From Candidatus Margulisiibacteriota bacterium (GTDB lineage Bacteria > Margulisbacteria > WOR-1 > O2-12-FULL-45-9 > XYB2-FULL-48-7): a stretch of DNA of 64,000 nt. Under the pieces are notes generated by a model. That model saw nothing but the letters and a program-made list of their open reading frames with translations. It was not told where the DNA came from and did not search any database. The stretch lies in the NCBI GenBank assembly GCA_041650855.1, contig JBAZKJ010000001.1:551078-615077 (forward strand). The letters are read 5' to 3'. A program made the position numbers and the translations under genes. Positions 8,691-18,900 of the stretch are shown here, in pieces (position 1 is the stretch's first letter; each line of letters opens with the position of its first letter).

Positions 8691-9851
8691 ATGCTCGATT
8701 ATGGCTTGACCGAAGAACAACAGATGGTCCGCGACCTGGCCCGGAAAGTTTCTCTGGAAAAAGCCCTCCCCAAGCGGGCGGAATGGGACGAGACCGGCGA
8801 ATTCCCCTGGGAGGCGTTAAAAGCTTACGCGGCGGCGGACCTCTGCGGCCTCTACATCCCGGAAGACCTTGGCGGCATGGGCCAGAGCGTTTTTAATTTC
8901 TGCCTGGCCACCGAGGAGATCAGCCGGATCTGCGGCGGCGTCGGCGTCTCCTTTGCCGCTTCCGCCCTCGGCTCGACCCCGATCCTCCTCTTCGGCACCC
9001 CGGAACAGAAAAAGAAATACATGCCCGACATCGCCGCCGGCAAAAAACTGGCGGCTTTCGGCCTGACCGAAGCGAACGCCGGGTCGGACGCGGCCGGCAT
9101 GGAAACGACCGCCAAAAAAGACGGCGACTACTTCATCATTAACGGGACCAAACAGTGGATCACCAACGGCGGCGAAGCGGAAACCTATTCCGTGATCGCG
9201 ATCTCGGACAAGAACAAGGGGGCGCGCGGCGCCACCGCTTTTATCCTGGAAAAAGGGATGCCCGGCTTCACCTTCGGCAAGAAAGAGAACAAGATGGGGA
9301 TCCGCTGTTCCGCGACCCGCGAGCTCGTCTTCCAGGACTGCAAGGTCCACAAGAGCCAGATCCTCGGCCGGGAAGGGATGGGCTTCATCGTGGCGATGAA
9401 GACGCTCGATATGACGCGGCCCGGCATCGGCGCCCAGGCGGTCGGCATCGCCCAGGGGGCGCTGGATGAGGCGCTCAAGTACGCCCGCGAGCGGGTCCAG
9501 TTCGGCAAGCCGCTCAGCTCGCTGCAGGCGATCCAGCACATGCTGGCCGACATGTCGACCCAGATCGAAGCGGCCCGCTCGCTCGTCTACGCCTGCGCCC
9601 GGATGATCGACGCCGGCGCCAAGGACTTTACCCTCCCCGCCTGCCAGGCAAAGCTCTTCGCGTCCGACGTCGCGATGAAAGTGACGATCGACGCCATCCA
9701 GATCCTCGGCGGCTACGGCTACATGAAGGAGTATCCGGTCGAGAAGATGGCCCGCGACGCCAAGATCACCCAGATCTACGAGGGGACGAACCAGATCCAG
9801 CGGAACCAGATCGCCCTTTCGCTGATCAAAGAGCTGGCTTCTTCGAAGTAG
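8691..9851 (+). CDS. short-chain acyl-CoA dehydrogenase (Bcd/CarC-like)
   Basis: 386 aa. ACAD N-terminal, middle and C-terminal domains. Catalytic Glu lies in the YEGTNQIQR motif. Confidence 0.9.
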   Translation: MLDYGLTEEQQMVRDLARKVSLEKALPKRAEWDETGEFPWEALKAYAAADLCGLYIPEDLGGMGQSVFNFCLATEEISRICGGVGVSFAASALGSTPILLFGTPEQKKKYMPDIAAGKKLAAFGLTEANAGSDAAGMETTAKKDGDYFIINGTKQWITNGGEAETYSVIAISDKNKGARGATAFILEKGMPGFTFGKKENKMGIRCSATRELVFQDCKVHKSQILGREGMGFIVAMKTLDMTRPGIGAQAVGIAQGALDEALKYARERVQFGKPLSSLQAIQHMLADMSTQIEAARSLVYACARMIDAGAKDFTLPACQAKLFASDVAMKVTIDAIQILGGYGYMKEYPVEKMARDAKITQIYEGTNQIQRNQIALSLIKELASSK

Positions 9852-9852
9852 C

Positions 9853-10635
9853 ATGGACATCATCGTTTGTATCAAGCAGGTTCCGGATACAACCGAGGTC
9901 CGGATCAATCCGGAGACCAACACCCTCATCCGCGAAGGCGTTCCCTCCATTGTTAACCCTTTCGACGAAAATGCCGTCGAAGCCGCCCTGCAGTTAAAGG
10001 AAAAACACGGCGGCAAAGTAACGGTCGTCACCATGGGCCCGCCGCAGGCGGCCGAAGCGCTCAAGACGACGGTCGCCATGGGAGCGGACGAAGTCGTGCT
10101 CGTTTCCGACCGCGCCTTTGCCGGCTCCGACACCTGGGCCACTTCCTACACCCTCTCGCAAACGATCAAGCAGCTCGGGCATTATGACCTGATCCTCTGC
10201 GGCAAGCAGGCGATCGACGGCGATACCGCCCAGGTCGGTCCCGGCATCGCCGAATGGCTGGGCATACCGCAAGTCACCTTCGCGGTCAAGGTCGAGGTCA
10301 ACGGTCCCAAGCTGACGGTGGAAAGAATGCTGGAGGAGAACAACGAAAAGGTGGAATGCCCTCTCCCGGCCGTTATTACCGTCGTCAAACAGATGAACGA
10401 GCCGCGCCTCCCCTCCCTCAAAGGGATGATGCGGGCCAAAAAAGCGGAAGTTAAGATGATGAACGCCGCGCAGATCGAGGGCGACCCCAAGAACCTCGGC
10501 CTGAACGGCTCCCCCACTTCGGTCGTCCGGATCTTCACCCCGCCGGCGAAAGGCGGCGGCCAGATCCTGGCCGGCGAGCCGGCGGAGATCGTGGATAAAC
10601 TGCTCGGCAAGCTCAAAGAGAGGAAGACGATCTGA
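9853..10635 (+). CDS. etfB: electron transfer flavoprotein beta subunit
   Basis: 260 aa. MDIIVCIKQVPDT N-terminus is typical of EtfB. Confidence 0.9.
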   Translation: MDIIVCIKQVPDTTEVRINPETNTLIREGVPSIVNPFDENAVEAALQLKEKHGGKVTVVTMGPPQAAEALKTTVAMGADEVVLVSDRAFAGSDTWATSYTLSQTIKQLGHYDLILCGKQAIDGDTAQVGPGIAEWLGIPQVTFAVKVEVNGPKLTVERMLEENNEKVECPLPAVITVVKQMNEPRLPSLKGMMRAKKAEVKMMNAAQIEGDPKNLGLNGSPTSVVRIFTPPAKGGGQILAGEPAEIVDKLLGKLKERKTI

Positions 10636-11864
10636 TGAGCATTAAAATCTTACTGGATAAATGTACGGGCTGCACTCTTTGCGTCAAAGCCTGCCCGTTC
10701 GCGGCGATCAAAATGATCGACCGCCCGGCCGACGCTCCCGGCAAGGGAAAAAAAGTCGCGGTCATCGACCTTGACACCTGTACCCTGTGCGGCGCCTGCG
10801 TCGAGTCCTGCAAGTTCGGCGCGATCGAGCTGAAAAAAGAGCTCGGCGGCACCGACCACGATCTCTCGCATTTTAAAGGCGTCTGGGTTTTCGCCGAACA
10901 GCGCGAAGGCAAGGTCCAGGCGGTCGCTTATGAGCTCCTGACCGAAGGGAGAAAACTGGCCGGCGACCTGAAGACCGAGATCTGCGCCATCCTCTGCGGC
11001 GACGCCGCTATTGAGGAAGAGGTCGAACACCTTTTCGCTTACGGCGCGGATAAAGTTTACCTGATCACCCATCCGGAGCTTAAGCATTACCACACCGCCC
11101 CCTACACCAGCGCGGTCGCCGAGGCGATCACCAAGTACAAACCGGAAATAATGCTCCTGGGCGCGACGACCATGGGCCGCGATCTCGCCGCCCGCCTGGC
11201 GATCCGGGTCGGCGCCGGCTTAACGGCCGACTGCACCGGCCTCGATATCGATCCGGCCAAGAAAATTTTATTGCAGACCCGGCCCGCGTTCGGCGGCAAC
11301 ATCATGGCGACCATTCAAACCGTCCGGCACCGGCCGCAGATGTCAACGGTCCGCCCTAAAGTTTTTAAGAAGGTCAAGGTTGCTAACCCGAAAAAGGGCG
11401 AAGTCATTAAATTCCAGCCGGCGATCGGCGCCGAAGACCTGGCCGTTAAACTGCTGGAGGTCATTAAGGACGAGAGCGTTAAGGTGAACCTGGCCGAAGC
11501 GGAGATCATCGTCTCCGGCGGCCGCGGCCTGCAGGAAGCGAAGAACTTCAAATTGATCGAAGAGCTGGCTGCCGTCCTCGGCGGCGCGGTCGGCGCCTCG
11601 CGCGCTACCGTCGATGCCGGCTGGATCAGCGCTCACCACCAGGTCGGCCAGACCGGGAAAACTGTTTCGCCCAAACTTTATATCGCCTGCGGTATCGCCG
11701 GCAAGATCCAGCACCTGGCCGGTATGCAGTCTTCGGACACGATCGTCGCGATCAATAAGGACCCGGATGCGCCGATCTTCAAAGTCGCGACTTACGGTAT
11801 TGTCGGGGACCTGTTCGAATACGTCCCCTTGCTCACCCGCAAGATCAAAGAATTACGAGGTTAA
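10635..11864 (+). CDS. etfA: electron transfer flavoprotein alpha subunit with N-terminal 2x[4Fe-4S] ferredoxin domain (CarE-like)
   Basis: 409 aa. Two CxxCxxCxxxCP motifs in the first 65 aa, followed by an EtfA FAD-binding domain. Confidence 0.9.
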   Translation: MSIKILLDKCTGCTLCVKACPFAAIKMIDRPADAPGKGKKVAVIDLDTCTLCGACVESCKFGAIELKKELGGTDHDLSHFKGVWVFAEQREGKVQAVAYELLTEGRKLAGDLKTEICAILCGDAAIEEEVEHLFAYGADKVYLITHPELKHYHTAPYTSAVAEAITKYKPEIMLLGATTMGRDLAARLAIRVGAGLTADCTGLDIDPAKKILLQTRPAFGGNIMATIQTVRHRPQMSTVRPKVFKKVKVANPKKGEVIKFQPAIGAEDLAVKLLEVIKDESVKVNLAEAEIIVSGGRGLQEAKNFKLIEELAAVLGGAVGASRATVDAGWISAHHQVGQTGKTVSPKLYIACGIAGKIQHLAGMQSSDTIVAINKDPDAPIFKVATYGIVGDLFEYVPLLTRKIKELRG

Positions 11865-12740
11865 ATGACAACCGCTTTCGTATTCCCGGGCCAGGGGTCG
11901 CAGTCGGTGGGGATGGGGAAAGAGCTGGCCGAAAAATATCTCGACCGGGCCAATGCCGTCCTCGGCTTTGACCTGAAAAAGATCGTCCTGGAAGGCCCCG
12001 AGGATGAACTCAAGAAAACCGCTATCCAGCAGCCGGCTATTTTCACCGTTAGTGCTGCCATGTATGAGCGACTCGCGACCCGTGACCCGCGACCCGTGAC
12101 ATTTGCCGGCCATTCCCTCGGCGAATACTCGGCGTTATATGCCGCCGGCGTCATTTCGTTCGAGGACGGGGTCAAGACCGTTAACCTCCGCGGCCAGTAT
12201 ATGCAGGAAGCGGTCCCGGCCGGCCAGGGGGCGATGGCGGCCCTCCTTGGCGGCGACCGGCAAGCGATCGCTAACATTTGTAAAGAAGTTGGCAATGTCT
12301 GGCCGGCAAACTTTAACTCGCCCGGCCAGGTCGTTATTTCGGGGACCAAGTCAGGCGTTGACGCTGCCGCCGGGAAGCTGAAAGCGGCCGGCGTCAAAAA
12401 GATCATCCCGCTCGCCGTCTCCGCCCCTTTCCACTGCCCGCTGATGCAGCCGGCCGCGGATAAACTGGCGGAGCAGCTGAACAGGATCACCTTCCAGGAC
12501 GCGGCGATCCCGGTCTACGCTAACGTGACCGCCGCTCCCGTCACCGCCGCCGCCGAGATCAAACAGCTGTTAATTAAACAAGTTACCGGTTCTGTCCTCT
12601 GGGAAGATTCGATCAATAAAATGGTCGCTGCCGGAGTTAACTCGTTCGTGGAAGTCGGCCCGGGCAAAGTCTTGACCGGCCTGATCAAGAAGATCAACGC
12701 CGGCGTGGAGGTAAAAAGTTATGACGAATTTAAAGGATAA
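11865..12740 (+). CDS. fabD: malonyl CoA-ACP transacylase
   Basis: 291 aa. FVFPGQGSQ and GHSLGEYSAL active-site motifs. Confidence 0.95.
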   Translation: MTTAFVFPGQGSQSVGMGKELAEKYLDRANAVLGFDLKKIVLEGPEDELKKTAIQQPAIFTVSAAMYERLATRDPRPVTFAGHSLGEYSALYAAGVISFEDGVKTVNLRGQYMQEAVPAGQGAMAALLGGDRQAIANICKEVGNVWPANFNSPGQVVISGTKSGVDAAAGKLKAAGVKKIIPLAVSAPFHCPLMQPAADKLAEQLNRITFQDAAIPVYANVTAAPVTAAAEIKQLLIKQVTGSVLWEDSINKMVAAGVNSFVEVGPGKVLTGLIKKINAGVEVKSYDEFKG

Positions 12741-13464
12741 GGTCGCCTTGGTCACCGGCTCGGCCCAGGGGATCGGCAAGGCGATCGCCGTCGCGTTCGC
12801 CAAGGCCGGGGCGAACATCGTCGTTTCCGACATCAATCTGGAGCTGGCGCAGCAAACGGCCAAAGAGATCGCCGCGCTCGGCGTCAAAACGCTGGCGGTC
12901 AAGACCAACGTCGCCGATCCGGCCGACGTGGAAAGAGCGGTCGGCGAGATCGTCGCCGCCCTGGGGCGGATCGACATCCTGGTCAACAACGCCGGGATCA
13001 CCAAGGACAACTTGCTGGTCCGGATGAAGAAAGAGGAGTGGGACGCCGTCCTGGCCGTCAACCTGACCGGCGTCTTTAACTGCACCAAGACAGTTGGCAC
13101 CTTGATGATGAAGCAGCGGTGCGGTAAAATAGTGAATATCGCCTCGATCGTTGGCCAGATGGGGAATTTCGGCCAGGCCAACTACGCGGCGAGCAAGGGC
13201 GGGGTCATCGCCTTTACCAAGACGGTGGCCAAGGAGCTCTCTTCGCGGGGGGTCAATTGCAACGCGATCGCCCCCGGGTTCATCCAAACCGCGATGACGG
13301 ACAAATTGTCCGAGGACGTTAAGAAAAAAATGATGGAGCAGATCCCGCTCGGCAAGCTGGGCACGCCGGAAGACATCGCCAGCGCGGCGCTCTTCCTGTC
13401 GGGCCCGGAGTCCGATTACGTTACCGGTCAGGTCCTGGCCGTTAATGGCGGAATGTACATGTAG
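12721..13464 (+). CDS. fabG: 3-oxoacyl-ACP reductase
   Basis: 247 aa SDR. TGSAQGIGKAIA Rossmann motif, NNAGI and YAASKGG catalytic motifs. Confidence 0.95.
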   Translation: MTNLKDKVALVTGSAQGIGKAIAVAFAKAGANIVVSDINLELAQQTAKEIAALGVKTLAVKTNVADPADVERAVGEIVAALGRIDILVNNAGITKDNLLVRMKKEEWDAVLAVNLTGVFNCTKTVGTLMMKQRCGKIVNIASIVGQMGNFGQANYAASKGGVIAFTKTVAKELSSRGVNCNAIAPGFIQTAMTDKLSEDVKKKMMEQIPLGKLGTPEDIASAALFLSGPESDYVTGQVLAVNGGMYM

Positions 13465-13491
13465 TTTAGAGTTTAGTATTTAGAGTTTAAT
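13464..13491 (+). repeat. tandem heptamer array (G/A)TTTAGA x4 immediately upstream of acpP SD
   Basis: GTTTAGA GTTTAGT ATTTAGA GTTTAAT. AT-rich island in a 62% GC genome. Confidence 0.7.
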
Positions 13492-13507
13492 AAGGAGGAG
13501 GTGGAAC

Positions 13508-13753
13508 ATGGACGAAAATCAGGCTTTTGAAGCAGTTAAAAAGGTGGTCACCGAGCAGCTCGGCGTTTCCGACGCGGAAGTGAAGCGCGAGTCATCTTTC
13601 GTCGACGACCTGGGCGCCGATTCGCTCGACACCGTTGAGCTGGTCATGGCGTTGGAAGAGGCGTTCGGGATGGAAATTCCGGACGAGGACGCCGAGAAGA
13701 TCAAAACGATCGGCGATACCATTAATTACGTGATGCAACACGGAAAGAAGTAA
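13508..13753 (+). CDS. acpP: acyl carrier protein
   Basis: 81 aa. [18 protein letters not shown] phosphopantetheine attachment site. Strong SD AAGGAGGAGG. Confidence 0.95.
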   Translation: MDENQAFEAVKKVVTEQLGVSDAEVKRESSFVDDLGADSLDTVELVMALEEAFGMEIPDEDAEKIKTIGDTINYVMQHGKK

Positions 13754-13756
13754 AAC

Positions 13757-14719
13757 ATGGACCTGCCGCAGCTCAAAATAGATAAGCTGACCGCCCGGCT
13801 CCCGATCATTCAGGGAGGGATGGCGGTCAGGATCTCCACCGGGACGCTCGCCGGCGCGGTCGCCGCGACCGGCGCGATCGGCATTATCGGCGCCTCCGGG
13901 ATGGCTTTTGACGAGCTGCGGAAAGAGATCCAGATCGCGCGGGGGTTGGCGCGGGGAGGCATTGTCGGCATCAACATCATGTTTGCCGCCCGGGAGTTCT
14001 GGGGAATTGTCCAGACGGCCATTCAGGAGAAGATCGACCTGATCATCACCGGCGCTGGTTTTTCCCGAGACATTTTCAAGGTTGGACGGGACGGGAATAC
14101 TCCCATCGTCTCGATTGTCTCCTCCGCCCGCCTCGCCGAGACCGCCCAAAGGCTCGGCGCCGCGGCGATCGTGGTCGAAGGCAAGGAAGCGGGCGGGCAC
14201 CTCGGCACCGACCGCTCCGTCTGGGATATCTTCCCCGAGGTCCTGAAGGCGGTCAATTTACCGGTCATCGCCGCCGGCGGCATCATCAACGGCGCGGAAA
14301 TGTGCCGGGCCCTGAAAATGGGGGCGTCCGGCGTGCAGATCGCGACCCGCTTCGTCCTGGCCGAGGAGTGCGCCGCCGCCCCGGAATATAAGCGGAAGTA
14401 CCAAACGGCGACCAAGGATGACGTTGTCCTGATCTCTTCCCCGGTCGGCATGCCGGGCCGGGCGATCAAGTCGGCATTCGTCGAAAAGATCCTGGCGAAA
14501 AAAGCCCCCCGCCCCGTCGGCTGCGATTTCTGCCTCAAGCATTGTTCCCTGGAATACTGCATCATCCAGGCGCTGATCAACTCCCAGAAAGGGGACGTCG
14601 AGCATGGCGTGGTCTTCTCGGGCGAATACGTCTGGAAGATCCCCGACCGGTCGATCAAGCCGGCCGCCCAGATCGTTAAAGAGCTGGTCCAGGAAGCCGC
14701 GGAGGCGAAAGATTGCTGA
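13757..14719 (+). CDS. fabK: enoyl-ACP reductase FabK (NMO/2-nitropropane dioxygenase family, FMN)
   Basis: 320 aa. LPIIQGGMAVRIS ... AIGIIGASG N-terminus as in FabK. Sits inside the fab operon. Confidence 0.85.
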   Translation: MDLPQLKIDKLTARLPIIQGGMAVRISTGTLAGAVAATGAIGIIGASGMAFDELRKEIQIARGLARGGIVGINIMFAAREFWGIVQTAIQEKIDLIITGAGFSRDIFKVGRDGNTPIVSIVSSARLAETAQRLGAAAIVVEGKEAGGHLGTDRSVWDIFPEVLKAVNLPVIAAGGIINGAEMCRALKMGASGVQIATRFVLAEECAAAPEYKRKYQTATKDDVVLISSPVGMPGRAIKSAFVEKILAKKAPRPVGCDFCLKHCSLEYCIIQALINSQKGDVEHGVVFSGEYVWKIPDRSIKPAAQIVKELVQEAAEAKDC

Positions 14720-15954
14720 ACCCCAGGGTAGTGATCACCGGCCTCGGCGCCATTACCCCGATCGGCATCGGCAAGGACGCTTTTTGGGAGAACCTGTCCG
14801 CCGGTAAAAGCGGCGTTGGCCGCATTACCCACTTCGACCCGACCGGTTTTGACACGCAGATCGCCGCCCAGGTCAACGATTTCGATCCCTCCCTCTACAT
14901 GGACAAAAAAGAGGCGCGCCGCCTGGCCCGCTTCCTGCAATTCGCCATCGCCGCCGGCCAGCTCGCCGTCCAGGACGCCGGTCTGGCCATCACGCCCGAG
15001 AACGCGGCCGACATCGGCGTGATCGTCGGCTCCGGGATCGGCGGCATCGATTATTTGGAAGAGATGGCTTACACCTTGAAGGACAAGGGCCCCAGCCGCA
15101 TCTCTCCTTTCACCGTCCCCTACATGATCACCGACATGGCGGCCGGGATGATCTCGATCAAGACCGGCGCCAAAGGCCCGAACCTCTGCATCGTCACCGC
15201 CTGCGCGACCGGCACCCACTGCCTCGGCGAAGCTTATAAAACGATCCAGCGCGGCGCCGCCAAGGCGGTGATCGCCGGGGGCAGCGAGGCCGCCATCACC
15301 CCGCTCGGCGTGGCCAGCTTTATCGCGGCCGGCGCCCTGTCGAACCAGAACGCCGAACCAACCCGCGCCAGCCGGCCGTTCGATAAGGCGCGCAGCGGCT
15401 TTGTCATGGGCGAAGGGGCCGGCATCCTGGTCCTGGAAGAACTGGAGTTCGCCAAAGCGCGCGGCGCCAATATTCTGGCCGAGATCATCGGCTACGGCGC
15501 CAGCGGCGACGCCAACCACATCACCGCCCCCGCCCCCGGCGGCGAAGGGGCGGCTCGCGCCCTGCGGGCGGCGCTCAAAGACGCCAACCTTAAGCCGGAG
15601 GAGATCGATTACGTCAACGCCCACGGCACTTCGACCGAATTGAACGACAAATACGAGACCATGGCGCTCAAGACCGCTTTCGGCGACCACGCCCACAAGC
15701 TGGCGATCAGCTCCAATAAATCGATGGTCGGCCACCTGCTCGGCGCTTCCGGCGCGGTCGAGGCGATCGCCACCGTCATGTCGATCCGGCATCAGGTCGC
15801 TCCGCCCACGATCAACCAGGAGAATCCCGATCCGGAGTGCGACCTCGATTACGTGCCGAACCGGGCCCGGCCGCTGAAGATCACTACCGCCCTTTCCAGT
15901 TCTTTCGGTTTCGGCGGCCACAACGCGATCATTGTAGTCAAAAAATACGCCTGA
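14713..15954 (+). CDS. fabF: 3-oxoacyl-ACP synthase II
   Basis: 413 aa. Cys-His-His KAS II architecture (TACATGTHC ... NAHGTST ... GHLLGASG). Confidence 0.95.
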   Translation: MLNPRVVITGLGAITPIGIGKDAFWENLSAGKSGVGRITHFDPTGFDTQIAAQVNDFDPSLYMDKKEARRLARFLQFAIAAGQLAVQDAGLAITPENAADIGVIVGSGIGGIDYLEEMAYTLKDKGPSRISPFTVPYMITDMAAGMISIKTGAKGPNLCIVTACATGTHCLGEAYKTIQRGAAKAVIAGGSEAAITPLGVASFIAAGALSNQNAEPTRASRPFDKARSGFVMGEGAGILVLEELEFAKARGANILAEIIGYGASGDANHITAPAPGGEGAARALRAALKDANLKPEEIDYVNAHGTSTELNDKYETMALKTAFGDHAHKLAISSNKSMVGHLLGASGAVEAIATVMSIRHQVAPPTINQENPDPECDLDYVPNRARPLKITTALSSSFGFGGHNAIIVVKKYA

Positions 15955-15963
15955 TGTTATAAT
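15955..15963 (+). promoter_or_regulatory. extended -10 TGtTATAAT 7 nt upstream of GTG start of the 1347-aa outer-membrane protein gene
   Basis: Immediately follows the fabF stop TGA (15952-15954). Same stop-TGnTATAAT-N7/11-GTG architecture as at yceD. Confidence 0.4.
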
Positions 15964-15970
15964 ACGGCGT

Positions 15971-18900
15971 GTGAAAAAGCTCGCCGCCGCTTTCATTATT
16001 ATTATGCTGTCCGCCGCCATTGCCTTGGCGGAAAGCGCCTACCCGCAGATCGACATCTCCGGCTTCAAGAAATGGGAACAGAAAAAGGTCGAGGTTGACC
16101 CCGCCCGGAACTACTTCTCCGGCCTGACCCAGCTCGGCGGCTACTACCAGACCTATTCCGGCGGGCCCTGGCAGGAACGGCTGCAGCTCCGGATCCTCGG
16201 CCAGCTGTCGGAGAATCTCTCGGTCGCTTATGACCTGGATCAGCAGCCGGAAACGCCGGAAAAGTTCGACGTCAAGGTCAAGTACTACAACACCGAGCTG
16301 ACCTTCGGCGATTTTACCGCCAACTTTACCGGCAACGAGTTCGTTTCCGCTTCCAAGTACCTGAACGGCGTCATGCTGACCGCCAAGGAGCCCTGGTACG
16401 ACGTCGTCGCCGTCCCTTCCGCGAAGCTCAAGTCGCAAACCCAGGCGCTGACCTCGCAAAAAGGGACGAATACCAAAGGCCCCTATAATCTCGGCCACGG
16501 TTCGATCGTCGAGGGCTCGGAGCAGATCCAGCTCAACGGCATCTACCTGACGCGCAACGTCGATTACACCATCGATTATTTTGAAGGCAAGGTGACCTTC
16601 AACCGCCTGCTCAACGAGACCGACGAGTTCAAGTACTCTTACGAATACACCAACATCCTCGATCTGTTCTTCCCGTCGCTCTCCAAACGCGACTTTTTCG
16701 GTTTTCAGAGCCGCTTTACCATCGACCCGGAAAAATTCGGCAAGCCCGCGCCCAAAGAGGAGCCGGTAATTTCGCCCGCGCGGGAGGTTTTCCCCTCTTC
16801 CGGCTCGGCCGAGCCCGAGGTCCAGGAAGAAGAATCGTCCGGCCGTTATCGGGTGCGCAACGCCCCGTTGGTCAAGTTCAGTGAAACCCTCTCCTTTATG
16901 GGGACCCAGCTGAAAAAGAACGAAGATTATATCATCCGTTACGATACCGGCGAGATCAAGCTGATGACCAGGTTCCTGCCGACTTCGGAAGAAGCGCTGG
17001 CGATCGAGTATTCCTATTACCAGACGTCCGGCGAAGTGGAAATGGTCTCCGGCATCGGCAGCCGCGGGCCCTACCGGACCTCGTTTCGGCAACTGGTGCC
17101 CGAGAGCGAGCGGGTCGAGGTTGACGGGAAGCTTTTTGTCCGGGACCTCGATTACACCATCGACTACGGTAAAGGGGAAATGCTGTTCGGCGTGGTGATC
17201 GGGCCGACGTCGCAGATCAAGATCGGCTACCGGCACAGCGTACTGGCCCTGCCGCCGGAAACCCCTTCCAAGTTCCCGAAAGAGCTGAAGCTCGGCGCCA
17301 CCTATTTGCGTGAGTCGGCCAAGAAAAGCACCACCAGCGCCCCCACCTCGGTGATCGAATCCTTTACCGGCCAAACCGCGATCACCAACGGGCATATCAT
17401 TTACCTAAAGAACCGGCCGGTCGCGACCACCGCCGAGGCAGCCATCGTGGTCCGGCTCTTCCAGGGCGGCGTGAGCCGCGAACTGACCTGGGAGGTCGAT
17501 TACGCCGTCCCGACCACCGAGAGCGACCCGACCGGCCAGACAATCGTGACCCCCAACGTGCCGCTCGCCTATATCACCGACCGGAGCGACCCGAGCGACG
17601 GCTACGATACCGGCTCCCTCTGGCTCAACAACGACCGGCTTAACATCCAGCCGACCGACGAGATCACCGTCACTTACGGTTACACCAAGAGCATCGTCAG
17701 CAAGTACAGCGGGGTCGGCGACGGCACCCGCGGGCCGTACTATCTGCGCAACACGCTCAATATCGTGCCGGGGACGGAAACGGTCCAGGTCTGGGAACAG
17801 GGCGCTTCGGCCATCACGACCTACACCCGGAACACCAGTTTCGACGCCAATGCCGGCGACACCGGCTATTCGATCAATTACAACAACACCAACCCGTCGA
17901 TCACCTTCAACACCGAGCTGTCCACGACCAAGAATTTCCAGGTGATCTACCAGTACGTCCCCTCGTCTTCCGACCAAAGCGGCGACATCGCCCAGTCGGC
18001 TTTCGGCCTGGACGGCGGCTTCAAGATCGGCGACGTCTTCAAGATCGACTCTTCCTACGCGAAGAGCGAGAGCGACCAGGTCTTTGTGGCGGAAACGACC
18101 AATGAAACGTTCAGCGGCAGCGGGACCAAGACCTACGTCCTCCATTCCGGCGCCGACCTGATCGACGGCTCCGAACAGATCTTCGTCAACAATAAATTAT
18201 TGAACCGGGACATCGATTATTTCATCAGTTATACCAAGCCCGGCCAGTTCAATTTCTACTACATCACCCCGACCACGCTCGACGCGATCTCGGTCCAGTA
18301 CAACTACCAGTCGGCCTCCGGGGTCGTGGCCGGCACCAAGGTCAAGACCGACACCGCTTTCCGGCTCGGCGCCGAGACCCGGCTCTGGGGCGACATGCTG
18401 ACGATCAACGGTACGACCAAGCGGATCGGTTTCGATTTCTCGCCGCTCGGCAGCACCGCCATCGGCAACGGCTCGGAATACGAAGAGTACAACATGAACT
18501 TCAAGCCGACCTGGCAGCAGTTCTTCAGCAACTACTCGTACAAGTTCAACAAGAGCCCGATTGGCACCACCCGCAAGACTTTCCTGCGCACCTACGACCA
18601 TTCGATCGCGACCGGCGTCAATCCGGGCGGCTTGGCCAAGCTCGATCTCGGTTACCGCCGTTTCGACTCGCTCGACGACCCGTTGGCCAACGACGCCCTG
18701 CACAACAGCGACAATCTCCAGGAATCCTATTCGGCCGGCCTGGCCCCGGTCGACTGGTCCCGCGGGCCGTTGACCCTGAACCAGAAATACGAACTGCGCA
18801 AGACCACGTCCAAGACCGACACTGTCGACCGCACGGCGAACCTTTCGACCTCGACGATCGATTATTACCGCGCCGGCGGCGGCCTGAAGTTTACCGACCG

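Noticed and set aside
14023-16020. 665-aa minus-strand ORF (and similar long ORFs at 15938-17395, 18197-19768, 20173-22113, 22708-23703, 36949-38313, 39764-40801, 57120-57662, 62565-63584)
   Set aside because: All lie antisense to well-supported genes (fabK/fabF, the outer-membrane protein, S8, the aminotransferase, fabZ-lpxA, the giant S8, the FadL-SLH genes). All are Arg/Gly/Ala/Pro-rich with low complexity, which are high-GC open-frame artifacts.
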